A stretch of 63,027 nt of DNA, filler included, from Octopus bimaculoides (GCF_001194135.2; 3 parts of 3 records of this genome joined end to end with filler, not necessarily neighbours in it), one strand, 5' to 3'; numbered from the whole stretch's first letter, positions 28,463 to 40,761 are shown. A program made the numbers and translations. The notes: generated by a model not told the origin, from the letters alone.

Positions 28463-28674
28463 TAAAATTATATTTATGTCCTGTAAAACACACTTAACAT
28501 CTCACATAAATTAATTCCTTTTATCGTTAATTGATATTGTTCATCTTTTAAGTATATGTGTGTTTGTGTACATGTGTGTGAATGTATGGGTGCGTGTGTG
28601 TATGTGTGTATGTGTGTGTGTCTGTATACATACACAAATACTTTCATACATACACGAGCGGGTGCAACCCCATC

Positions 28675-28723
<49 letters not shown>

Positions 28724-28726
<3 letters not shown>

Positions 28727-28990
28727 TCTTAATCTTTTACTTGTTTCAGTTATTTGACTGCAGCCATACTGGGGAACCGCCTTTAGTCGAACAAATCGAC
28801 CCCAGAACTTATTCTTTGTAAACCTGGTACTTATTCAATCGATATCTTTTGCTGAATCGATGAGTTACGGGGACGTAAACACACCAACATCGGTTGTAAA
28901 GCGATAGTGCGAGGACAAATACAGACACATACACCAATATATATATATTTATGTATATATATATNNNNNNNNNNCACTCCAGCGCCTATA
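28724..28990 (-). mobile_element. SINE family A; middle lost at a 10-N gap
   Basis: Tail at 28724-28930 and head remnant CACTCCAGCGCCTA after the gap. Confidence 0.8.
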
Positions 28991-29165
28991 AATACATACA
29001 TACATACATACACACACACATACACACATACATATGTAAAAATCTGTAAAACTTTCCAAAAGCTTATCATTTAAATATACATGAGCATGTCTAGATCCGT
29101 AACTATATGCACGAGAATGCATACATACATGCATACATGCATACATACATGCATACATACATACA

Positions 29166-29192
<27 letters not shown>

Positions 29193-29196
<4 letters not shown>

Positions 29197-29474
29197 CCTG
29201 CTGTTGATGTTGAAATCCCAATGAAGGAGCTTTGGACCAAGGTTAGAAACAGGTTCATTCTCTATTGGCAAGAGATTTTGAAATAAACTGAATAATGACA
29301 TAGAAGCATGCATACATACATATATGCATACATGCATACATAGATACATACATACATACATACATACAAAAATATCCTGCTGTTGAAATTCCAATGAAGG
29401 AGCCTTGGATCTAGGTTAGAAACCGGTTCTTTCTCTATTGGCAAGAAATCTTGAAATATACTGAATAATGACAT
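29193..29474. repeat. Two tandem copies (period ~179 bp) of a (CATA)n-associated repeat
   Basis: ATATCCTGCTGTTG..AAAT.CCAATGAAGGAGC.TTGGA..AGGTTAGAAAC..TCTCTATTGGCAAGA at 29193 and 29372. Confidence 0.85.
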
Positions 29475-29536
29475 ACATAGGTTATTCCACATGATATTGC
29501 CACTTAGAGAACGAATAAAACTGTAATCATTATTTA

Positions 29537-30300
29537 TTAATCAAAGCAAATTCCATTAGCTTCAGCAAATTTTCCTCATTATCGTGGGAGACTATAGATT
29601 TCTTCTTTGAAATATTTATTATTTTTTGTTCAAATGTTGTCATTGCTTCTTTGTTTGCACACTATTTGTCACGGTGGCAAAATAAATGATAGTCTGTTGG
29701 GGATAATTCTAGAGATTAATGAGGACGATCCAATAATTCATAATTAAGCTGCTGCAAATTTATTTTCGTCTGATTTGCGATCTGGAGCCTCGAATTGTCA
29801 TACCAGAGTATAGCCCCTCGTCTCATTGTTGATGCCTGACGTTTCGTAGCTAATTTAGAATTAACTTCCTTAATGTGCTAGCAGTAGGATTGTGACATCA
29901 CTGTTTCGCCTAGCCGGAGAATCGAATAACATGATTCTTTGATAGCACCGCCACAGAATAACCATAACTATTTGAAGATGTAAAGAGGTTTTGAAACATG
30001 TTTTCAGGCAACTTTTCAATATCTAACCAACGTGATGATCATTCGCTGTTGTCATAAAAGACCCCTTTTTTCGTTACAGGTGATTATTATTATCAAAAAT
30101 TGTTCCCTTTCGTTTCGCATAAGAATAAATACAAAGACGGACAAGCGACGCATCTTGTTTCCAGAGTTTAATTCATGTAAAACATATTTGTCCCTCTTTT
30201 TCGTTATACCGAACGTTGCAAAAGGGCATCCTACAGGTAATTTCGAAACCTTTAAATTATTAGCGGTTCTCTATTCAGATACATATATTGAAATTTATTG
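29537..30300 (-). pseudogene. Decayed mariner (DD34D) transposase
   Basis: Conceptual translation with stops and frameshifts gives DKYVLHEL (WVPHEL), ITCNEK (TxDEK), LWYDNSR (LHDNAR), SPTDYHLF (YSPDLAPSDYHLF) and EANGICFD* in the expected order. Confidence 0.85.
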
Positions 30301-30337
30301 AACCATCTTCATCTTTTTTTTTTTTTTTTTTTTTTTT

Positions 30338-30437
30338 NNNNNNNNNNNNNNNNNNNNNNNNNNNNNNNNNNNNNNNNNNNNTTAATTAATTAANNNNNNN
30401 NNNNNNNNNNNNNNNNNNNNNNNNNNNNNNNNNNNNN
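30338..30437. other. Synthetic scaffold spacer 44N-TTAATTAATTAA-44N
   Basis: Exactly 100 bp, palindromic six-frame-stop core, identical to 37296-37395. Confidence 0.9.
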
Positions 30438-30929
30438 AAAAAAATGATATGTGACCAAATGAGCAGTTATATGACATTCTGGTATTTTGATTAAGTGACT
30501 AGATGTGACAAACTGAGCAGATCGATGACACCCTAGTGAACCGAAATTAAAACAGTGAGCTTCTGAATAAGACACAGTAAAGCATCTGGTCCAACATTCT
30601 ACTGTTTGGAAACCTGTATTGCTGTGTCTTGATAACAAGCTTCAAGCATATATGACCTTTTGTCCAATAAAGTTAGCTGTAAATAACTTACAATGAAACT
30701 AGCAGCATAACTAAAAATCTAATACATATATATAACTATTAATTTTATTTATTAAATGTGCTCTAGCATATTTTCAATTAAGACAGAGGATATTGAAGAA
30801 AATAATAAGTGAACTTACTGTCTCCAATGGTATGCGAACATACACTTCCTTTGGAAATGCGTCAATGATGAAGTTTGTATCTTGTTTCTCAAAATTGTCA
30901 AGTGTGTAATCTAATAAAAAAAGAAAGAA

Positions 30930-31560
30930 TATTTTAAGAATGCTATTGTTCAGTATTAATTCATATACTATCGAACTATTAAACTGCTGGTTGAAAGAAG
31001 AAATATCTCTTCAATTGAGATAGTGTTCTGGTAAGACATATCACCTAGGTTGGACCAGATGGAGGAGTCAGTGTCTCAATGAGTAGTGTTTTGGTATGAG
31101 TGGAAGTGAGCACAGTAATACAAGGGAAAGATCTGCATCTATCCAAAACAGAAATAAGGCTCAGTTGAAGCTATGAGATGCACACTGGATATCTCAATGG
31201 AGGAAGGAAAGGTTGATTGATGTTAATTTCTGAAATAATATTTCCGTTGATGTTGGTGGAGTGATGGAACTGTCAGAGGATCAAGCAAAACACTTTGTGG
31301 AATTTGTTGTGATGTTCTTGCATTCTGACAACTGTAATGCCACTGGTGTCAAGCTGTACAGGTTTAAGTTGATGGTCTCTCCCTTGGAAAAGCATCATTG
31401 TCAAAGGGAGGGAAAAACCTGCATGCATAAACAATTGCCAGTCTTCAAAAAAAGTCTTACTTAGGCTTGCACAAAGGTGTGCAGATATATGGTCAGTCTT
31501 GACTAATGGAAGCCTTATTTCTACTGATGGAATGCTATATTACAATTTGAATGTCTATAG
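30930..31560 (-). mobile_element. Old CR1/L2-group LINE fragment
   Basis: Weak ORF2 C-terminal resemblance (e.g. KLTSINLSFLH, YFFFQPAV); many disablements. Confidence 0.35.
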
Positions 31561-32160
31561 GGTGTTCATTGGAGTTCACTGGAGAATGAATAATAAGAGA
31601 GGAAAGTCAAAATCATAGTTTCATCAAAGTCACAGAAAGTGATGGCTACCTTAGTGGGAGAGCAATTACAAAATGATATGAGGGTTAGGATAAGGTAAGG
31701 CTTTTCATTTGTAGATTGTTGTACATAGAAATGGAGGTTATTGCTGATTTTCATTTATTTACGTTTTCGATTCTTTAATCTTTTTGTTCTCTTATTAATT
31801 TTAGCCATTGCACTATGGCTATGTTAGGGAACCACTTTGAAGGGTTTGGTTGAATAAAGTGATTCCTAAATTATTTTAGTTTGCTGTTACATGTAGTGAT
31901 CTTTTTATCAGTGGGTCACGTGATATTAAGGGCTGAGATAGGTAGTAGTGATATCAAGGGGAACAAGAGAGCTTGCTCACTGAAGGGGAAGGATGAATGA
32001 ATGTATTTGCTGTTTGATAAGTAGTCTCTGGTGGCCATTGAAACCTGAAATCCACATGCTTTTCTCCTTTTTCTTCTTCATGAACAACCTAATAACCCCT
32101 GAAGTAGAATGTGATCGACTGAGGAAAGGCCAGACTATTTTCTTGCTCTTAAATAAATGG

Positions 32161-33428
32161 TGAAAAGAGACTTAGAAGTAGTTTAATTGGAAACCTTTGT
32201 TACTGAAATTGAGATGTGAGAAATGAAGGATAGGGAAGGTTTTTACATAAATGCAGACATCACATATATAATAGAAAAGAAGCTGAAACAGAAAGCTTAA
32301 GTAGAGATGGGTAAGAGATATAAAATGCAAAATTTGTGCTTCAGAAATGCCTGAACACACAAGCTATCAATCATTAGGAATTGAATGAGAATGTGATACC
32401 TCTCACCTATAATTCATTAGTGATATTTACACATGCTTAAAGCTTGACCAGAACTGAGATGAAACTTTACTATCAACTGTAGGTTACTTTCACAAGTAAT
32501 ACAGAATAATTTATTTTACACACTTACAAGATTGTGACAACCTTATTATAATCATATTTACAAATTCAAATATAGCCACTTGCATTGAATTAAAATCATT
32601 TCAGTTATTATACATACCACAATCTTTCTCATCTTCTCCATCTGGACAGTCATTTTCCCCATCACATTTCCAACTCAGTGAAATGCAGCTGTTAAAATGA
32701 AATTTTGTTTATTTAGAAATCAACTTAAGCAATACATATGTATGTATTTTGATTTATTGCTTTTGAGAAGGAAATATTTTTTGTCTAATTGATGAAAGAA
32801 AATATTCATTCTAGTATGTGATCAACAGAGAGATTCATTGCATGAAAAACCAGACACACTTTCACAGTAACAGCTAGTATAGGTAACAGAAAGATCTGAT
32901 CAGCTTTCATAAAATTATAAGATTTGATTTTCCTCCCACTACTTTATAACATACTATTGAGACATATTCATTGCTTATAAATATTAAGATGATTAATAGG
33001 GTGAGAAAGAAAAAAGTGAGTTATCTTACGTCTTTGTGGCTGTACAGTACATTTCATCAAGGGGACAGTCCAGGGAAAGAGTTGTTGTAACTAGGGCTTT
33101 TGTAGTTGTAACTGTAGCTTTTGTAGTTGTAACTATATCTGAAATAGTCAAACAAATCTTTTACCTTTTATCATTTACTTGCTTCAGTCATTTGACTAAA
33201 TCCTTCAAGCAGTGCCCCACTCACGGTGGCATAATGCTTGAAGGGCTTAGTCAAAAAAATTGTCCCCAGTTCTTATTTAAAAAAACTCATACTATTTCTA
33301 TCAGTTGATTTTTCTGTGCCACTAAATCACAGGGACATTAATATACAAAAACTGGTTATCAAATGTCAGTGGAGAGAGAAACACAAACACAAAGTCACAT
33401 AAACACACAAATATATTGTACACAATGA
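32161..33428. repeat. Copy 1 of a diverged ~1.25-kb direct duplication
   Basis: Colinear blocks shared with 34444-35663, e.g. GCTTGACCAGAACTGAGA, TTATTTTACACACTTACA and ATCATATTTACAAATTCAAATATAGCCA. Confidence 0.9.
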
Positions 33429-33429
33429 T

Positions 33430-33855
33430 GCTGCACATCCAACGGAACATGCTACCTATATTTCTCTCTCCACCATACACATACATGTCTTCTGCATTCA
33501 GAGCCTATGTCTCACTACCATAGAGCAGGGGTTTTCAAACTTTTTGACTTGCGAACCCCTTTATATTTCAGGCTTTACCTTAGGGACCCCCTTATAAACG
33601 CTTATGAAATTTATACATAAATATTTGCTTAAAATAACATATGTTTTTACATATATTTATTTAACAGTATTTAACAAATAGGTTTATTGTCAATTAAAAG
33701 ATTTCGATTAAAAAACATATATAAAATCAAATTGCCCTTAAAAAGTATTTGCTGTCTACGGACCCCCTGTGGTCCGTGGACCACAGTTTGAAAACCCCTG
33801 CCATAGAGTATAGCTGTTTGCACACATGCATCATATAGTCTATATTTCACTCTCT
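33430..33855 (-). mobile_element. RTE LINE ORF fragment interrupted by a hAT MITE
   Basis: RVKYRLYDACVQTAILY | GSET*ALNAEDM..SMFRWMCS either side of the MITE. Confidence 0.75.
33526..33800. mobile_element. hAT (Charlie-like) MITE, 275 bp
   Basis: Perfect 16-bp TIR CAGGGGTTTTCAAACT/AGTTTGAAAACCCCTG and perfect 8-bp TSD CCATAGAG (33518-33525, 33801-33808). Confidence 0.95.
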
Positions 33856-34443
33856 CTCTCTGTATATATATATATATATNNNNNNNNNNNNNNNNNNNNN
33901 NNNNNNNNNNNNNNNNNNNNNNNNNNNNNNNNNNNNNNNNNNNNNNNNNNNNNNNNNNNNNNNNNNNNNNNNNNNNNNNNNNNNNNNNNNNNNNNNNNNN
34001 NNNNNNNNNNNNNNNNNNNNNNNNNNNNNNNNNNNNNNNNNNNNNNNNNNNNNNNNNNNNNNNNNNNNNNNNNNNNNNNNNNNNNNNNNNNNNNNNNNNN
34101 NNNNNNNNNNNNNNNNNNNNNNNNNNNNNNNNNNNNNNNNNNNNNNNNNNNNNNNNNNNNNNNNNNNNNNNNNNNNNNNNNNNNNNNNNNNNNNNNNNNN
34201 NNNNNNNNNNNNNNNNNNNNNNNNNNNNNNNNNNNNNNNNNNNNNNNNNNNNNNNNNNNNNNNNNNNNNNNNNNNNNNNNNNNNNNNNNNNNNNNNNNNN
34301 NNNNNNNNNNNNNNNNNATATATATGTAGATATAGGTATAGATATAGATTCGCATGCACACACCCAGACACACTTTAGAATATTAAGCACTCTACACCAA
34401 ACTACTAAGATCAAATGGGAAAACAATTTAAAGCACATTACTT

Positions 34444-35663
34444 ATGAAAAAGAGATCTTCAGTCTAAGTGGAAATCTTTGTTACTGAAATCCAGATTGGA
34501 GAAATGAAGGATAGGAAGAGAAGGCTTTATGTATATGCAAACATCACATATAGAAAAGAAAATGAAATAAAGTGATTAAGGAGAAAAGAATAAGATGAAA
34601 AATTTATGCTTTAGAAATACACAAGCTGTCAATAATTAGCAATAGAATGAAAATGTGAAACAATTGCAGCATACTTTATTAGTCATATTTAGGTATCATT
34701 GAAGCTTGACCAGAACTGAGAGAACAATTTTCTATCATTTGTAAGTTACCTTCATAAATAATATAGAATAATTTATTTTACACACTTACAGGATTGTGGC
34801 AAGCTTGTTATAATCATATTTACAAATTCAAATATAGCCATTTGCATTGAATTAAAATCATTTCATTATTATACATACCGCAATCTTTCTCATCTTCACC
34901 ATCAGGGCAGTCATTTTGTCCATCACATTTCCAAATAAGTGGAATGCAGTTACTATAATGAAATTTTGTTTATTTAGAAATCAACTTAAGCAATACTTAT
35001 GTGTGTATTTTGATTTATTGCTTTTGAGAAGAAAATATTTTTTGTCTAGTTGATGAAAGAAAATATTCATTCTAGTGTGATCAAGAGAAAAATTTATTGC
35101 ACGAGAAACCAGAGTTACTTTCACAGTCACATCTAATATATGTAACAGCAAGTTGTGTTCAACTTTCATAAAATTATAACAAGATTTGCTTTTCCTCCTA
35201 CTACTTTATAACATATTATTGAAACATATTCATTGCTTATGAATATTAAAATGGTTAATAGGATGAGAAAGAAAAAATGAGTTATCTTACGCCTTTGATG
35301 CTGAACAGTAAATTTCATTAACTGGACAGTCCAGAGAGAAAGTTGTTACTGGTGCTTGTGTAGTTGTAACTATAACTGAAATAGTCAAACAAATCTTTTA
35401 CTTTTTATCATTTACTTGTTTCAGTCATTTGAATAAACCTGTCAAGCAGTATCCCAGTCATGCAGGGACACTGCTTGAAGAGTTTAGTGAAATAAATTGG
35501 CCCCAGTTCTTTTTTTTAAAGCCTCACTTATTCTATCAGTTACTTTTGTTGTACTACTAAATTACTGGGACTTTAATATACCAACATTGGTTGTCAAATT
35601 TTGATGGAGGGAGTTGCACAAACACAAAGACACATAAACACACATATATATTATACACAATGA
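34444..35663. repeat. Copy 2 of the diverged ~1.25-kb direct duplication
   Basis: See 32161-33428; both copies end in the same old minus-strand SINE-A remnant. Confidence 0.9.
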
Positions 35664-35671
35664 GATTCCAA

Positions 35672-35790
35672 CCATTAACCAAATCCACTCACAAGGTGTT
35701 GGAAGGGCTGAGGCTATAGTGGAAGACACTTTCCCAAGGTGCTCTGTAGTGGGACTGAACTTGGAACCATGTGGTTGCAAAGCCAGCTTC
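35672..35790 (-). mobile_element. SINE family A, 5' half
   Basis: CCAAATCCACTCACAAGG..GAGGCTATAGTGGAAGACACTTTCCCAAGGTGC..GAACCATGTGGTTG. Confidence 0.75.
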
Positions 35791-36419
35791 TTGCAGTAGA
35801 CATAAAAAGGAAAAATTGCAAGGATTATTTTCGTAATTTTAATTTAAATGGGCTGTATTTAACTTTCTATGAAGTGGCGTTTATGTTTTGTGTCTCTTCA
35901 GCCCTACAGTCATCTTGCTTTTTCTTTCACTGAGTCAAATTCCTGTTGGTTTCTCATTTCTAATAATGATTGCAAATTATTACAAGTACTGCTTCCACAT
36001 TTGGAATGGTTCACCGATCTCTCTGCCCACCACAGATGTTCATGCTTACATACATATATTCATATATCCTCACATTTCCTCTTTTATGCACTATGCTACC
36101 TCCCACTTCCCACTCTTGTCCTCTTGGCCTTGTTTCACTGTAGCATTGCCAACCGCTAGCCCCTGACCTCTGTGTTCCACTCACATGTAACAAGAAAACT
36201 TTTCATGCATCCTACCCCAACAAACCAAACTACATCTCTACATCTCTTCTCTTCCTCATATTTCCTCCTTTGTGTACTATGCTTACTTCTCACTCCCCAA
36301 TCTTGTCCTCAAGGTCCTGTTTCTCTGTGTCATCGTTATCAAGTCTTTCTGTCTCGCTATAGCCTTTCAACATCTGACACAAGATCACCTCCTCCAATGC
36401 CCCTCCACTCTCTAAAGAT

Positions 36420-36912
36420 TTTTGTCTTGCAAGTTATTTGGTGACACAGTCAGTGCAGGTGCCACTTAGAAGTATCCAGTCTGCACTGTAAAGTTGTTGG
36501 CATTTGGAAGAGCATCCATCTGTAGAAACCTTGCCAAATCTGACCTCACTTGTACTTGTGCAACATAAAAAAGGATTGAGTCCACTGTACTGGGTGGTTG
36601 ATGATAGGAAGGACATCCAGCTGTAAAAACCTTACCAAAACAGACACAGAAGTGTAGTGCAGGTTTTGCCTGGCTGGCATCTGTCAAACCATCTCACTCA
36701 TGCCTGCATAGAATGCAGATATTAAAGGATAATAATAATGTTGGACTGGTGACTGTTCATGACATTAAGAAGGGCATCCAACTGTAGAAATCATGCCAAA
36801 AAAGACTGAGTCTTGTACAACCTTCCAGCTTCCCCGCTCTGGTGAAACCCGCCATTCCATGCCTGTATGGACAATGGATGTTAAGTGATGACAATAATGA
36901 TGACGATAATGA

Positions 36913-36915
<3 letters not shown>
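36420..36915 (+). mobile_element. Three partial RTE 3'-UTR (tail) copies in tandem
   Basis: Repeated GGAAG(G)GCATCCAGCTGTA(G/A)AAAC blocks ending in GAT/AAT-rich tails. Confidence 0.65.
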
Positions 36916-36952
<37 letters not shown>

Positions 36953-37099
36953 CATCAAGTATGAAATTTGTAGAAATAAAATGTTTGCTAATGTTTTATA
37001 AATACAAGGAATAGTTTTATTCACCAAAGTATGCACCCATATTGTCAAATGGGAAAGAAATGATAGGCAATCAAAACTCAAAGTTTTGATTGCTTCATC

Positions 37100-37270
37100 A
37101 CTTCTTTCCTATTTCTAACAAAACTGTCCGATGAACGGGAACGTGAAACTTCGAGGAACAGTCTTTTTTTATATTTCTGCTGCTTTTAAATAAAGCATAT
37201 TACTCTACCTGTGGTATTTGAGTACTCTTTTTTCTACCTTGTTGCACATTTATGTGCTTACTCCAGTATA
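37100..37270 (+). mobile_element. Probable Penelope-like terminal remnant with a hammerhead-like motif
   Basis: Hammerhead-like fold at 37123-37162. The Penelope assignment is inferred from the known association of such motifs with Penelope-like elements. Confidence 0.45.
37123..37162 (+). ncRNA. Degenerate minimal type I hammerhead ribozyme motif
   Basis: ACTGT-CCGATGA-ACG(GGAA)CGT-GAAA-CT(TCG)AG-GA-ACAGT. Stems I, II and III close, but two core positions deviate (U4>C, U16.1>G). Confidence 0.55.
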
Positions 37271-37295
37271 TATATATATATATATATATATATAT

Positions 37296-37395
37296 NNNNN
37301 NNNNNNNNNNNNNNNNNNNNNNNNNNNNNNNNNNNNNNNTTAATTAATTAANNNNNNNNNNNNNNNNNNNNNNNNNNNNNNNNNNNNNNNNNNNN
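37296..37395. other. Synthetic scaffold spacer 44N-TTAATTAATTAA-44N
   Basis: Identical to 30338-30437. Confidence 0.9.
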
Positions 37396-38980
37396 GAAAT
37401 CTACGGATGCACATACGCACATAATCGACAAAAATGAAACAAATATGGACGACTTGCTCCGAAACACCACCGAGAGGGGAACGCTTCTCAAAAATAACCT
37501 GCAGTTGTTTCCTTCAAAATTCCTACATGCACGATATGTACATACATCAAGGTATATTTGTAGAAAATTTCACGAAAAAATATTAATTTTCCTGGAAGTT
37601 ATGAGGAATTTAAGTGGACTCCGTTGGAATTTCCGACAATTGTCCCCCACCCCATTCCAAAAAACTTTCACCGGAAATTTTTGTATATTCGGATTCTACA
37701 TAGTTAATACTATATGCGTAGAAAATTTCATTAAAACAAATTCATTTTTCTGAAAGTTATGACCTCCCTGTAGTTATGCCCCAGCCCTACGCTTCGCTTC
37801 AACCACGCGGGCCCATCGAGCGACCTTCTGTGCGCTCACACACTTCACGTATATATCTACAAAACGAAACTTGAAATTTTGTAAAAAAATTATGTATGTA
37901 TGTATGTATGTATGTGTGTAGGTTATTTTGTATGTGTGTAGGTTATTTTTTTGAAATATTGAATTTATGATTTTTTAAAAATTATTTATACACATGTGTG
38001 CCCCCGCTCTTTGTTGACAAATAACTTTCGAAAAAATTTATATTTTTAAACGAAATTTTCTACAGATATGCTTCAGATGGTGTAGATTCTGATTATATCG
38101 GAATATGTGGTGAAAACAATGATTCCGAGGGTGGGTGGGGGTGAGGAATTTTGGAATATTCACACGAGTCGGCCTTGCCTACTCGTAACTTTCAGAAAAA
38201 TGGGCAATTTTTAATGAAATTTTCTATAAATACTTTTCAGAGTGTGTAGATTACAATTATATCGGAATTTAAGAAGAAAAAAATAAAAAAAAGAAATGTT
38301 GGCGGGCATGCACACATACATACTGACACACATCACATTACAAGAAAATGAAACTTCAAATTTCTGGCGAAAATGTGATGTAAGTCTGTGTGTGTGTGTG
38401 TGTGTGTTCTCACTGTTTTTGTGTTCACATTACATTTCGATATAACCGTAATTTACACACTCTGAAAGGTATTTGTACAAAATTTCATTCAAAAATACCC
38501 ATTTTTCTGAAAGTTATGAGTTTTTTGTAGAAAATTTCACTAAAAAAATATCTTTTTTTTTTTTTAGAAGTTACGAGGTGACAAAATCGGGGGCGGGACA
38601 CATATGTAAGAAAGCCGAATTGTAAAATCCTGCGTTTAAAAATTTTCGCCTTAAGTTTTTAAAAAATGAAAAATGAATAAGTTAAACAGTCGGTTGTGTG
38701 CACGGAAAATGAGAAATGCAGGGGCGAGAGGAGCAAACGATAAACACCATTGAAATATCGATTCTTTTTTGCATCACAATTGATGGGGGTTTTTTTAAAT
38801 AAAAAAAAAAAAAACCCGAAGAAACATTCGGAAAACAAAATAAGTTAGGAGGGTACTTATTTTGAAACTCACTTCGTTCTACATTTAAAAGAAGTTTTCC
38901 TTTTTTCTTTCGAACAAAATGTAAATTTAGTAAAGAAATGAAATTATTATTATAATTATTATTATTAATATACATCTACA
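37396..38980. repeat. Unclassified modular repeat, possibly a non-autonomous Helitron-like interior
   Basis: Recurring AAAATTTCA...TTTTCTGAAAGTTATGA modules at ~37588, 37745, 38502 and 38563, interleaved with microsatellites; termini not identified. Confidence 0.35.
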
Positions 38981-39964
38981 ATGTAATTTTCTAACACGAA
39001 AGAAACAAGATAATTCAGAAATAAGAAATCTGTGAAGTAAATTAAGTAAATAGTTACGTGTGAATATAAATAAAATAGTCAACAACTAATTTTGTCTCTT
39101 CCTTTTCTCTCTGTAAATGTAAACAACGTCGAGCAACACCGATTTCTTGAATCAACACAAGTCACCTTTAATATACAGAAACCAGCCTCGCTCTCGAATC
39201 ACCACTCGAAATGAACAACCATTTGTGTTGTTGTCGTAAGCTAATGTTATTTTCTTTTTCCTTTTTAAAGTGTTCTTTATCTTTTAATAAATGGATCTTG
39301 AGTGAATATCTCAGACAGAAGTTGTTTTTCTTTTTCAAATTTATAAAAAAGATTTTTTTTCTCAAAGCCCCAGGAGTCATAAAACCAGTTACCCGGTTTC
39401 CATGACGTTAAACTGAAGTGGGTGGGGCAAAAATGGGTAACTGAGAAGATGAGTAATTCCTGATTTCTCCCCTACTTGTTTAAAACCATTACATTGTGAA
39501 TATTGCATCATCATTTTGTACTGTTGCATCATTGTAGGGAGCAAAAATTGGTCAACGTAGTTGTTGTTGTTGAAGTTGAGAGAGGTTCCAACAGGTGACA
39601 GGTAGTTTCCTCTTTACAAGAAATTTCCCCCAGCTTTGACCCAGTTGTAATTGAGGTTGCGATTAAAATATCTGGATAATTTTTGGTGTTAACAATCAAT
39701 ATTCTTTTCCCTGTTGGATTTCAGATTTATTCCCCACTCCAACACTAATATCTAATTTGACCATTTTCAGTTTTCAAAAAAAAAAAAAAAGAATTCTAAA
39801 ATGGAGCAAAATTTCTTCTCTTTAACTACATGGTGCATGGATTTATCAGGAAGAGAGCCGTTCCAGCAGATTGTAAAGACACTATAAATAATATTTTATT
39901 ATAGAAAATATTTTATGCAAGCTGGGCTGCAACAATGCCAAATTTAAAGATGGGCCATATTGGT

Positions 39965-40458
39965 TTCAGATTTTGGTACAAAGCCAGCAGTATGGGTGGG
40001 AGAGGGTAAGTTGATTACATCAACCTTAGTACTCAATTGGTACTTATTTTATTGACTCCAAAAGGATGAAAGACAAAGTCGACCTCAGCAGAATTTGAAC
40101 TCAGAACATCATCATCATCGTTTACTGTCCACTTTCCATGCTTGCATGGGTTGGACGTTTTTACTGAGGACTGGCGAACCAGATGGCTGCACCAGGCTCC
40201 AATCTGATCTGGCAGAGTTTCTACAGCTGGATGCCCTTCCTAACGCCAACCACTCCCAGAGTGTAGTGGGTGCTTTTATGTGCCACGCTCAAAATGGTGT
40301 TTTTTACATGCCACCTGCACAGGAGTCAAGTCCAGCGGCACTGCAACGACCTCGCTCGAATGTTTTTGTTCACGTGCCAGTAAGGCGACGCTGGTAACGA
40401 TCATGCTCAAATGGTGCTTTTTAGCATTTTGCCTGGTGTCCTAAAAATTCTGCCGGCT
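39965..40458 (-). mobile_element. SINE family D split by an RTE tail insertion
   Basis: D sequence stops at GAACTCAGAA (40106) and resumes at AGCATTTTGCCTGG (~40422). Confidence 0.75.
40107..40420 (-). mobile_element. RTE 3' end with (GAT)n tail
   Basis: CATCATCATCATCG..TTTCCATGCTTGCATGGGTTGGACG..TTTCTACAGCTGGATGCCCTTCCTAACGCCAACCACTC. Confidence 0.85.
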
Positions 40459-40761
40459 TGCTACCTCATACTGTGATCTAATTCACTGTGCAGATCTGAT
40501 GTAGGAAAACATGACCTTACAACTGTTAATCTAACATCTTAACCACCAATTCACATGTCTTTACACAAATATACACACATCTAGTGGATGGATATCTGTT
40601 GATTTTTGCCAATGGGTGTTCATTGACTTAACATGTCTGTGATTGAACATTCCATAAGCATGTGAATCCTGGGTGCAACACTCAAACAAAATCAGCATGA
40701 GAACCAAGGGGTTAAAATAAAAAGCATATTATCCAACCATGACATTATGTTTGAAACCAAT

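Noticed and set aside
29830-29880. Minus-strand GAAACGTC preceded by a stem, resembling a minimal hammerhead
   Set aside because: It lies in frame within the mariner transposase remnant (KLATKRQA) and lacks CUGANGA.
32380-32460. Possible C/D snoRNA (…CTGA) within the duplicated unit
   Set aside because: There is no proper C box (RUGAUGA) in either copy and no terminal stem.
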